Assembly (NCBI GenBank): GCA_030587475.2
Contig: JAUQYZ020000185.1
Span: forward strand, 1 to 16,557
Length of the DNA stretch: 16,557 nucleotides
Direction: 5' to 3'
Source: Candidatus Sigynarchaeum calidifontis
GTDB lineage: Archaea; Asgardarchaeota; Lokiarchaeia; Sigyniarchaeales; Sigyniarchaeaceae
Below, piece by piece: positions 1 to 7,684 of the stretch (the stretch's first letter is position 1; every line of letters starts with the position of its first letter). A program made the position numbers and the translations under genes. The notes below the pieces were generated by a model. That model was not told the DNA's origin and did not search any database. It saw nothing but the letters and a program-made list of their open reading frames with translations.

Positions 1-1370
1 AAAACATGTTGTTGAAAGCAGTGAATGCAAAGGGGTATGACCCCTCCGTTGCTTCGTTGATATCCTTTACCAGGACCGTGCCATCGGCCGTGCCGTCGGT
101 GTTCCACAGCTCTCGCCCGTGAACGCTATCAAGCGCGCTGAAATAAATTGCACCATTGAAGATGATCATCTCCGAAGGCTGGGATTCTCCCGTTCCTGGA
201 TTGATGTCCTTGACCAGGATCGTACCCGCGGTCGTGCCATCGCTCTTCCAGAGCTCATACCCAAGAGTGACGTTATACGCGCTGAAATAGAGCGCGCCGT
301 TGAAAATGGTGAATCCAAGAAGATACGAGCCACCTGTTCCTTCATTGATGTCCTTGACCAAGATCGTGCCCGCGGTCGTGCCATCGCTCTTCCACAACTC
401 GCGCCCGAACGTGGTGTCAAACGCATCGAAATAGAGGGCTCCGTTGAAAACGGTCAATCTAGTCGGACCCGAACCTTCCGCTCCTCCAAGGATATCCTTG
501 ACCAGGAGCGTGCCCGCGCCCGTGCCGTCGCTCTTCCACAGTTCATACCCATTAATATTATCATTTGCCATAAAATAGAGCGCGCCGTTGAAAATGGTGC
601 ATGTACCCGGACAAGAACTTCCCTGCCCCGCCCAAATATCCTTGACGAGGACCGTGCCCGCGGCCGTGCCGTTGCTCTTCCACAATTCCCGCCCGTACGT
701 TTCATCATACGCGTTGAAATAGAGCGTGTTGTTGAAAACGATGAATCCCAATGGACTCGAATACTCTAACCCCGCGTTGATATCCTTCACCAGGGTCGTG
801 CCAGCGGCCGTGCCGTTGCTTTTCCACAGCTCGATCCCGTGCACGTTATCAAGTGCGTTGAAATAGAACTCGTTATTGAAGATGGTGAATCTTGAAGGAG
901 AAGAGCCCCCTGGTCCCGTGTTGATGTCCTTGACCAGGACCGTCCCCACGGGAGTGCCGTCGGTTTTCCATAGTTCCTGCCCGTGAGTGTCATCGGACGC
1001 GCGGAAATAGAGCGCGTCGTTGAAAATGATAAGTTCAGCGGGATCCGAGCTTGCTGTCCCAACGTTGATATCCTTAACCAAGACCGTGCCGGCGGCCGTG
1101 CCATCGGTCTTCCACAGTTCTCGCCCGTGAATGTCGTCATAGGCGCTGAAATAGAGCGCGCCGTTGAACACGATGAGTTCCGTGATTTGCGAGCCCCCCG
1201 TTCCCACGTTGATGTCTTTCACCATGGCAGTACCCGCGGTAGTGCCATCGGTTTTCCACAGCTCGCGCCCGTGGGTGCTGTTGAATGCACTGAAATAGAG
1301 CATGTTGTTGAAGATAACAAACGTGCCCGGTTCAGAGCTTGATGTATATGTGTCGATGTCTTTTAACAGA
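1..1370 (-). repeat. Coding tandem repeat with an exact 144-bp (48-aa) period, at least 9 units
   Basis: The Glu codons of the ELW motifs start at 1264, 1120, 976, 832, 688, 544, 400, 256 and 112, a constant 144-bp spacing with no indels. Confidence 0.92.
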
Positions 1371-1546
1371 GACGTGACAATCGCCTCGCTCGGCGTTTTA
1401 CCGTTGTCATTGCTCGTGATGAGAAACAAGCTCAAAGGCAAGCCAACTGCAACGATGACCGCGATGAGGAGCAGAACTCGCATTTTTGGATTCAAGTTTC
1501 TGAGGAAAGATTTCAATGAAGTAATAAACGACCGGTCCTTAGCCAT
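1..1546 (-). CDS. ELWxxDGT-repeat beta-propeller surface protein with N-terminal signal/TM anchor (3' end outside the window)
   Basis: Manual translation of the minus strand from ATG at 1546 (GAGGTG SD-like at 1561-1556) has no stop to the window edge: MAKDRSFITSLKSFLRNLNPKMRVLLLIAVIVAVGLPLSLFLITS, then 48-aa repeats such as FNGALYFSAYDDIHGRELWKTDGTAAGTVLVKDINVG. Nine ELW(K/N)(T/S)(D/N)GT motifs. Probably missing from the ORF track because no stop lies in the window. Confidence 0.93.
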   Translation of the reverse strand, partial: MAKDRSFITSLKSFLRNLNPKMRVLLLIAVIVAVGLPLSLFLITSNDNGKTPSEAIVTSLLKDIDTYTSSSEPGTFVIFNNMLYFSAFNSTHGRELWKTDGTTAGTAMVKDINVGTGGSQITELIVFNGALYFSAYDDIHGRELWKTDGTAAGTVLVKDINVGTASSDPAELIIFNDALYFRASDDTHGQELWKTDGTPVGTVLVKDINTGPGGSSPSRFTIFNNEFYFNALDNVHGIELWKSNGTAAGTTLVKDINAGLEYSSPLGFIVFNNTLYFNAYDETYGRELWKSNGTAAGTVLVKDIWAGQGSSCPGTCTIFNGALYFMANDNINGYELWKSDGTGAGTLLVKDILGGAEGSGPTRLTVFNGALYFDAFDTTFGRELWKSDGTTAGTILVKDINEGTGGSYLLGFTIFNGALYFSAYNVTLGYELWKSDGTTAGTILVKDINPGTGESQPSEMIIFNGAIYFSALDSVHGRELWNTDGTADGTVLVKDINEATEGSYPFAFTAFNNMF

Positions 1547-1859
1547 TTCTTCATGCACCTCTGATAGTGGAAGTATCAAGAAAAGTGATCAGACCATTTC
1601 AAATACTTCGTGATAACCGATGGAACCGATGCATTAACAGAGATTCTTGAGGTTATCAACTTAGCTCCAGATCAATGATTGACAACACGTGCCGGGTCCT
1701 CAATCGGTCATTCTCAGCGAGTTGCGATTTTAAACTCCATTTTTTTTAGCAGCATTCCGCATCTATCATTGAAGCTTGCAGGGTTGCAATTGTACCGCCC
1801 GCGACCGATGTTCGGCTTTTTGTATTCATGTTTAGGGCCATGTTCCTTTAGATTATGAT

Positions 1860-2468
1860 TTACGACTGTTGACTACCAAAATATCGTAATAGATCCGATT
1901 TCGTGATGATCCCTTTGATATTCTTTCCATCCTTGACGAGAATGGCGGGCGCGCTGGCCAATCTGTCTTGAACGTCGTTGATGGATGCATTGGGATCGAG
2001 TTCAGGAAATGGCACTTCGAGAACTGATTTAACGTCCATTGAAAGTGCAGTTCGCCCCCTTTCGATGATCGCCACTGTCAACCGTTTGTCGGTCACGCTA
2101 CCGACAACGTCCCCGCGTGCATCGATGACGGGCACTTGGGAAACACCTTTTTCGTTCAATACTTCAATTGCCTTAGCGACGGTATCTCCTGTCCGCAACA
2201 CGATGACGGGCTTTGCCGCTATGTCTAATGCGCTCGTGTCCGATGTAGGCACATCGCTATAAAGCACGTCCAAGAGGCGTTGAACCTTTTTCAAGGGAGG
2301 ATTGATCGACCCCTTCTCGATTCGGGCGATCAACGGTTGGCTAAACCCCTCTCCTGCCATTTTTGCGAGATCCGCCTGGGAAAGACCTTTTTGCACGCGC
2401 AACTGGCGCAAATCGTCACCCGTCGGGAGGACGAACTTTCGGGCCGTTTTATTGGGGTCGGTCTTCAT
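1860..2468 (-). CDS. XRE-family HTH transcriptional regulator with C-terminal CBS pair (COG3620-like)
   Basis: N-terminal HTH DLRQLRVQKGLSQADLAKMAGEGFSQPLIARIEKGSINPP, then CBS motifs GVSQVPVID..VVGSVT and ILVKDGKNIKGIITKSDLL. ATG at 2468 (MKTDPNK) is preferred over the TTG at 2495. Confidence 0.9.
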   Translation of the reverse strand: MKTDPNKTARKFVLPTGDDLRQLRVQKGLSQADLAKMAGEGFSQPLIARIEKGSINPPLKKVQRLLDVLYSDVPTSDTSALDIAAKPVIVLRTGDTVAKAIEVLNEKGVSQVPVIDARGDVVGSVTDKRLTVAIIERGRTALSMDVKSVLEVPFPELDPNASINDVQDRLASAPAILVKDGKNIKGIITKSDLLRYFGSQQS

Positions 2469-2495
2469 CTGGTATGCACGAAAGTAATGAGTCAA

Positions 2496-2628
2496 TTTAA
2501 GGCGGGCCCTTATTAACCTTTCTCACAAGCATTAAATATCGGGACCCATTATTGATGGTAATACAATAAGTAAAAACAATGAAATCAATTACTCACGATA
2601 ATAATTCCATGCAATTGAAGTGAACACG
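2496..2628. promoter_or_regulatory. Divergent promoter region with back-to-back BRE/TATA-like boxes and a candidate operator
   Basis: Minus strand GAAAGG-TTAATAAG (about 2522-2509), plus strand ACAAGC-ATTAAATA (2525-2538), and an inverted repeat TTATTG-N9-CAATAA (2549-2569) at the expected plus-strand start site. Identified by eye only. Confidence 0.5.
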
Positions 2629-3882
2629 ATGGCCCAGAAACAATGGAAGTTCGATACCCTCGTAATCCACGGGGCTCAAACCCCGGATCAATGGAGATCG
2701 ACAACGATTGCTCCGATCTACCAAAGTGCATCGCATCGATTCGAAACCGGGGAAGAATTATCCGATGTTTTCGCGGGTAAAAAGCCCGGGTTTATTTATC
2801 AGCGGCTCCGAAATCCGACCAATGACGTGCTCGAAAAGCGATTAGCTTTGCTCGAAGACGGGGCTGAAACGGTCGTAACGGGATCCGGAATGGCGGCGAT
2901 TAACGACACGGTGCTCGCGATTTGCCATGCAGGAGACGAGGTCGTTTCGGGGAATTCCGTGTTCATGTCAACTTACCTGCTATTCTCAAGCGTGCTCAAA
3001 AAATTCGGCATCAACGTCAAGTTCGTGGAATCGAGCGACGTCCGCGCATGGCAAAACGCCGTTACAAGGAGCACGAAGCTGCTCTTTCTCGAATCCATCG
3101 GCAATCCAAAGCTCGACGTGCCAGACATCAAGAAGATAGCCGCCATCGCGCACGAAAACGAGGCCCCACTCATCGTTGACAATACCTTGGCGACGCCATA
3201 TCTCGTCCGCCCATTTCAACATGGTGCCGACATCATCGTGCATTCAACGACAAAGTACTTGAACGGGCATGGATCGGCAATCGGTGGCGCCATCATCGAT
3301 TCGGGGAGATTCGATTGGCCAGACAACAAGTTCCCGGATTTCAAGCCTTTCAAGGACAGGAGGGGTGCCCTGGCATTCATCGACCGCGCCTGGCGGGAGA
3401 TCCACATCAATTTCGGAACGAGTCAAGCTCCACTACACAGTTACTTGACGCTGATCGGGCTCGATACCTTTGCCCTCCGCATGGAACGTCACTGTGCTAA
3501 CGCCTTGAAACTGGCACAATTCTTGAGCAAGCATCCAAAAGTGAAGTGGGTCAACTATCCTGGCCTCCAGGGGTGCATCGGGCACGAAACGGCAAAAGCC
3601 CAATTCCAAGGCAAGGGTTTCGGTGGATTGGTGACGTTCGGGCTAGAACACCAGAAGGCTTGCCTTGATTTCATCCGGAACGTCAAGCTTGCCTATCACC
3701 TGGCCAACTTGGGCGATTGCAAGACGCTGATCATCCATCCCTGGTCATCCCAATACATTAACTTCCCAGAACCTGTCAGGGTCGCCAACGGCATAAGCCC
3801 GGACATGATCCGCGTGGCGGTTGGCATCGAAGCAATCGAAGACATCATCGATGATTTCGACCAAGCACTCCGTTCGGTCTGA
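2629..3882 (+). CDS. metY: O-acetylhomoserine sulfhydrylase (aminocarboxypropyltransferase)-like PLP enzyme, Cys/Met metabolism family
   Basis: PLP-lysine motif HSTTKYLNGHG, plus IYQRLRNPT, SGMAAI, ESIGNP, VDNT, ANLGD and the MetY-type insert IIDSGRFDW..KFP. ATG at 2629. Several active-site positions deviate (see findings). Confidence 0.82.
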   Translation: MAQKQWKFDTLVIHGAQTPDQWRSTTIAPIYQSASHRFETGEELSDVFAGKKPGFIYQRLRNPTNDVLEKRLALLEDGAETVVTGSGMAAINDTVLAICHAGDEVVSGNSVFMSTYLLFSSVLKKFGINVKFVESSDVRAWQNAVTRSTKLLFLESIGNPKLDVPDIKKIAAIAHENEAPLIVDNTLATPYLVRPFQHGADIIVHSTTKYLNGHGSAIGGAIIDSGRFDWPDNKFPDFKPFKDRRGALAFIDRAWREIHINFGTSQAPLHSYLTLIGLDTFALRMERHCANALKLAQFLSKHPKVKWVNYPGLQGCIGHETAKAQFQGKGFGGLVTFGLEHQKACLDFIRNVKLAYHLANLGDCKTLIIHPWSSQYINFPEPVRVANGISPDMIRVAVGIEAIEDIIDDFDQALRSV

Positions 3883-3902
3883 ACGGCCATCGAGAAGGTG
3901 AA

Positions 3903-5102
3903 ATGCGATTGACAGCGGCATTTGTTAGCGAAAACGCACAGAACACGGGGTCTCGGCCTGCACCCGCGCAAGAGCACGAAATAATCTTCCCTGGGACGAA
4001 ATTTTTTCACGTTCCGGGATCGTTGCAGCTGGATTCTGGTCAATCACTTGATCACGCCATCCTTGCCTACGAGACGTACGGCACGCTGAATGCACGGCGA
4101 GACAATTGCATCTTGATCTGCCACGCGCTCTCGGGAAGCTCACACGTGTTTCAAGGGTCTGATACCGCCAGCCCTGGCGGATGGTGGGATCCGATGGGCG
4201 CGCCAGGCGCGTGCTTCGATCCGGCGCGATATTTCGTCGTGTGCGTGAACTTGCTCGGATCTTGCTATGGCTCCTCGGGCCCCGCATCGATCAATCCATC
4301 GACTGGCAAGCCCTATGGCTTGTCTTTCCCTGTCGTGACCGTGGGGGATAGCGTCAGGGCCCAGCACATCTTGATCCACCATCTTGGGGTGGACAAGATC
4401 CTCGCGGTCGTTGGAGGCTCGCTGGGTGGCATGCAAGCCCTCACGTGGGCCATCGCGTATCCAGACCACGTGGTCTCGACCATCCCGATCGCCACGTCGT
4501 GCCAATCATCAGCACAGAACATCGCGTTTCACGAGGTCGGTCGCCAGGCCATCAAGGCAGACCCCAATTTCAATTGCGGGGATTACTATGGCAAGGCTAT
4601 CCCTGAAACCGGGCTCGCCATCGCTCGGATGATCGGCCATATCACCTACTTGAGCGAAACGTCCATGCGGCAAAAGTTTGGCCGGAAGCTCCAGGATGCC
4701 AGCGTGCTGCGCTTCGGCTTTTCAACGGATTTCGCCGTGGAAGGGTACTTGAAACACAAGGGCCAGGCGTTCACGAAACGATTCGACGCGAATGCATACC
4801 TGTACTTGACAAAGGCCGTCGATTATTTCGATCTCACGAACGGCGGCACGAGGACGCTGTCACAAGCATTCTCCACGGTCAAGTCCCGGTTTCTCGTGCT
4901 TTCATACTCGTCCGACTGGCTCTATCCACCGCAAGAATCCAAGTTGCTGGTGCAAGCACTCAAGGCAAACCATCTCCCCGTGTCATATTGCAACATCGAA
5001 TCTGGTTACGGCCATGATGCTTTCTTGCTCGAGGCAGCGACCCAGAATGAGATCATCGGAAACTTTCTCAAGGCATTGGGAACCGGAGGTGTGGCCGAGT
5101 GA
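3903..5102 (+). CDS. metX: Homoserine O-acyltransferase (MetX family, alpha/beta hydrolase)
   Basis: AYETYGTLN, ICHALSG, nucleophile GGSLGGMQ, ARMIGHITYLS, RFDANAY, SSDWLYP, GHDAFLLE; SD-like AAGGTGA upstream. Confidence 0.95.
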   Translation: MRLTAAFVSENAQNTGSRPAPAQEHEIIFPGTKFFHVPGSLQLDSGQSLDHAILAYETYGTLNARRDNCILICHALSGSSHVFQGSDTASPGGWWDPMGAPGACFDPARYFVVCVNLLGSCYGSSGPASINPSTGKPYGLSFPVVTVGDSVRAQHILIHHLGVDKILAVVGGSLGGMQALTWAIAYPDHVVSTIPIATSCQSSAQNIAFHEVGRQAIKADPNFNCGDYYGKAIPETGLAIARMIGHITYLSETSMRQKFGRKLQDASVLRFGFSTDFAVEGYLKHKGQAFTKRFDANAYLYLTKAVDYFDLTNGGTRTLSQAFSTVKSRFLVLSYSSDWLYPPQESKLLVQALKANHLPVSYCNIESGYGHDAFLLEAATQNEIIGNFLKALGTGGVAE

Positions 5103-5800
5103 ATGGCAAGGATCCCGTTGATCACGAGTGGATCACACGTTTGATTCCACCTGGATCCCGCGTGCTTGACCTGGGTTGCGGGAACGGGGCTTTACTTGCA
5201 AAGCTCAAAAATGAGAAAGGAGTGCAAGGATCTGGCGTCGAGATCTCGCAACATTGCATCCAAGCTTGCATCGCAAAAGGAATACCCGCGATTCAAGCGG
5301 ACCTCGATGAAGGGCTTAAGGATTATCCAGATAAGGCTTTTGACTTCGTCGTTCTCTGCCGCACGCTACATCTCGTGCATCGGCCGGCATTTGTCTTGTC
5401 GGAAGCCATGCGTATTGGAAAACACGTGATTATAAGCTTTGAAAACGAGGCATACTGGAAGAATCGAATTAGATTTCTATTTAACGGAGAATTTTCCACG
5501 GAAAAAGGGCATCACGACATACTTGCACAAGATCACGTGCGAAACTACTTGACGGTGACGCGGTTGGAAACGCTCGCCCAGCGCATGGGTATCAAGATCG
5601 AGCGGAGATGTTTCTCCCGGGCACTTGGTTACGGCGAAGTGGTTTTATTTCCGAATCTCCGGGCAAAGCTCGCCTTATTCGTGCTGACTAGAATCGGATC
5701 TTCGAAATTAATCTCCACGTCGAATGAAGATGATTTCGAGATGAAAAAATCGAAAACATCATCAATAGACCATGCTCCACATCTATATAATCCCGTTTAA
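5099..5800 (+). CDS. metW: Methionine biosynthesis protein MetW (SAM-binding methyltransferase fold)
   Basis: IPPGSRVLDLGCGNG, IQADLDEGL, FDFVVL; GTGA start/stop overlap with metX, the typical metXW arrangement. Confidence 0.9.
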   Translation: MNGKDPVDHEWITRLIPPGSRVLDLGCGNGALLAKLKNEKGVQGSGVEISQHCIQACIAKGIPAIQADLDEGLKDYPDKAFDFVVLCRTLHLVHRPAFVLSEAMRIGKHVIISFENEAYWKNRIRFLFNGEFSTEKGHHDILAQDHVRNYLTVTRLETLAQRMGIKIERRCFSRALGYGEVVLFPNLRAKLALFVLTRIGSSKLISTSNEDDFEMKKSKTSSIDHAPHLYNPV

Positions 5801-5827
5801 CATGATGCTCTTAGAGGTGTGCATCGA

Positions 5828-6757
5828 ATGCCATCGAAGGTCTACAATACAATCTTGGAAACCATCGGGAACACGCCACTCGTCCGGTTACACAAGCTAT
5901 CCGAGGGCTTGAAAGCGTCGATCTATGGAAAAGCAGAATATTTCAACCCGGCCCACTCGGTCAAGGACAGGATTGCTCTTGCAATGATCGAGGAAGCAGA
6001 AAAGGCACGAATAATCAAGCCCGGGGATACGATCGTGGAGCCCACCTCGGGAAACACGGGTATTGGGCTCGCGCTCGTTGCAGCCGTCAAGGGATACAAG
6101 ATCATCCTCGTGATGCCCGAATCAATGACTGTTGAACGTAGAAAAATTCTCAAGGCATTCGGTGCCGAGCTCGTGCTCACGCCAGCTGCCGAAGGCATGA
6201 AAGGGGCGGTGAGCAAGGCAGAGGAACTGCACCAGCAAGGGCGGGCTGCATATATCCCTCAACAATTCAAAAACAAGGCGAACCCGGAGGTACACTATCG
6301 AACGACCGGGCCTGAAATATACGAGGCCTTGCAGGGCAAGATCGATGTATTTGTAGCCGCGGTCGGCACGGGCGGCACCATCACCGGCGCTGGTCGCTAC
6401 TTGCGTGAAAAACTCGGTTCCAGGGTGCGGATCGTCGCCGTCGAGCCGAGAGAGTCTCCCGTACTATCTGGCGGAAAGCCGGCCCCGCACAAGATTCAAG
6501 GCATCGGTGCTGGTTTCGTGCCAGGCGTGCTCGATACACGCATCTATGACGAGGTGCGTCTCGTCTCTGCCGATGATGCAATTGCCACGTCGAGGCGCTT
6601 GGCCAGCACGGAGGGCATCTTCGTTGGCATATCCGCGGGAGCGAATGTATGGGTGGCGCTGCAAATCGCCAAGGAAATGAATACATCCGCAAACATAGTT
6701 ACGATACTGTGCGACACAGGCGAACGTTACCTTTCCAATCCTTTATGGGACTTGTGA
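5828..6757 (+). CDS. cysK: Cysteine synthase A (O-acetylserine sulfhydrylase)
   Basis: [18 protein letters not shown] (PLP Lys), [40 protein letters not shown] at 5814-5819 favours ATG 5828. Confidence 0.96.
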   Translation: MPSKVYNTILETIGNTPLVRLHKLSEGLKASIYGKAEYFNPAHSVKDRIALAMIEEAEKARIIKPGDTIVEPTSGNTGIGLALVAAVKGYKIILVMPESMTVERRKILKAFGAELVLTPAAEGMKGAVSKAEELHQQGRAAYIPQQFKNKANPEVHYRTTGPEIYEALQGKIDVFVAAVGTGGTITGAGRYLREKLGSRVRIVAVEPRESPVLSGGKPAPHKIQGIGAGFVPGVLDTRIYDEVRLVSADDAIATSRRLASTEGIFVGISAGANVWVALQIAKEMNTSANIVTILCDTGERYLSNPLWDL

Positions 6758-6779
6758 AGGGGATGGTGGCAATCATACC

Positions 6780-7610
6780 ATGAAAAGCGATAATCCAATC
6801 AACAAGTGCCTCGCCTGCGGGGCAACGACAAAGGAACACACGGAAAGCCTTTGCGTTAACTGCTTGTTGGGGCTCGAAATTCCGGAGATCGACTTGACGA
6901 CATCCGAGGTGCGTGGCACGTTCAAGTCCATATTGGAATTCTTCAAGTCCGACGTGTATGCCGCGTTCGAGAAGGATCCCGCCGCGTATTCCGTGACGGA
7001 AGTGCTGACCTCCTACCCCGGCATCAAGGCGACGCTGATATACCGCGTCGCCCATCTATTCTGGGTCTTGAAGGTTCCCCTTGTCCCGCGGTACATGTCC
7101 GAGATGGCCCGTGAATTGACCGGCATCGACATCCACCCAGGCGCGAAGATCGGGCGGGAATTCTTCATCGATCACGGCACGGGCGTGGTCATCGGGGAAA
7201 CGGCCGAGATTGGCGACAATGTCACGCTTTATCAAGGTGTCACGCTCGGTGGCGTGAGCTTGCAGCGCGGGAAGCGCCATCCCACGCTAGGAAACAACGT
7301 CGTGGTAGGTGCCGGTGCCAAGATCCTTGGCCCGATCGTGATCGGGAACAACGTCAAGATCGGAGCCAATTCAGTTGTCACCAATGACGTCCCGGACAAC
7401 GCGGTCGTGGTCGGGATCCCCGGGCGTGTCATCGCCCGCGACATCGAGCACATTCCACGCATCGATCTCCAGCATGCAAACCTTCCAGATCCGGTTGCCG
7501 ACGTGATACGCGCGCTTGAAAACCGCATCATCTCGCTCGAGAAAAGGAGGATGTCGGATGACGATGCACTTCGGGACGCGGGTCAATTTTCCATGGGCTT
7601 GGGGATCTGA
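6780..7610 (+). CDS. cysE: Serine O-acetyltransferase with an N-terminal CxxC-x11-CxxC extension
   Basis: [39 protein letters not shown] hexapeptide-repeat domain; C-terminus FSMGLGI. Confidence 0.95.
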   Translation: MKSDNPINKCLACGATTKEHTESLCVNCLLGLEIPEIDLTTSEVRGTFKSILEFFKSDVYAAFEKDPAAYSVTEVLTSYPGIKATLIYRVAHLFWVLKVPLVPRYMSEMARELTGIDIHPGAKIGREFFIDHGTGVVIGETAEIGDNVTLYQGVTLGGVSLQRGKRHPTLGNNVVVGAGAKILGPIVIGNNVKIGANSVVTNDVPDNAVVVGIPGRVIARDIEHIPRIDLQHANLPDPVADVIRALENRIISLEKRRMSDDDALRDAGQFSMGLGI

Positions 7611-7637
7611 GTCATTAATCTACTAGAATGGACCTGG

Positions 7638-7647
7638 AAAAAAAAAA
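7638..7647 (-). terminator. Oligo-T tract, a likely archaeal-type terminator for the GRE fusion gene
   Basis: A10 run on the plus strand, T10 on the minus strand, about 40 bp downstream of the stop at 7685, between convergent genes. Confidence 0.5.
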
Positions 7648-7684
7648 TAAAGCTTCCAAATAGATTTCCGGTATTTCTTTTCAT

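Noticed and set aside
1-1370. CRISPR array or DGR template/variable repeats
   Set aside because: The period is a codon multiple, conserved parts vary at synonymous sites, I saw no adenine-specific pattern, and no cas or reverse transcriptase gene is in the window.
119-1613. Repetitive plus-strand ORFs (119-769, 983-1342, 1302-1613) and short minus-strand ORFs (166-426, 454-708, 787-1140)
   Set aside because: They are antisense or off-frame shadows of the ELWxxDGT gene, whose frame is uninterrupted and has a signal anchor and recognisable motifs.
1560-1859. ncRNA or mobile-element end between the propeller and regulator genes
   Set aside because: I saw only a T-run and a TATA-like TTTAAAA; no terminal repeats, tRNA fold or transposase.
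2521-2628. SAM riboswitch or T-box ahead of the met/cys operon
   Set aside because: The leader is short and AT-rich, with no recognisable conserved stems or motifs.
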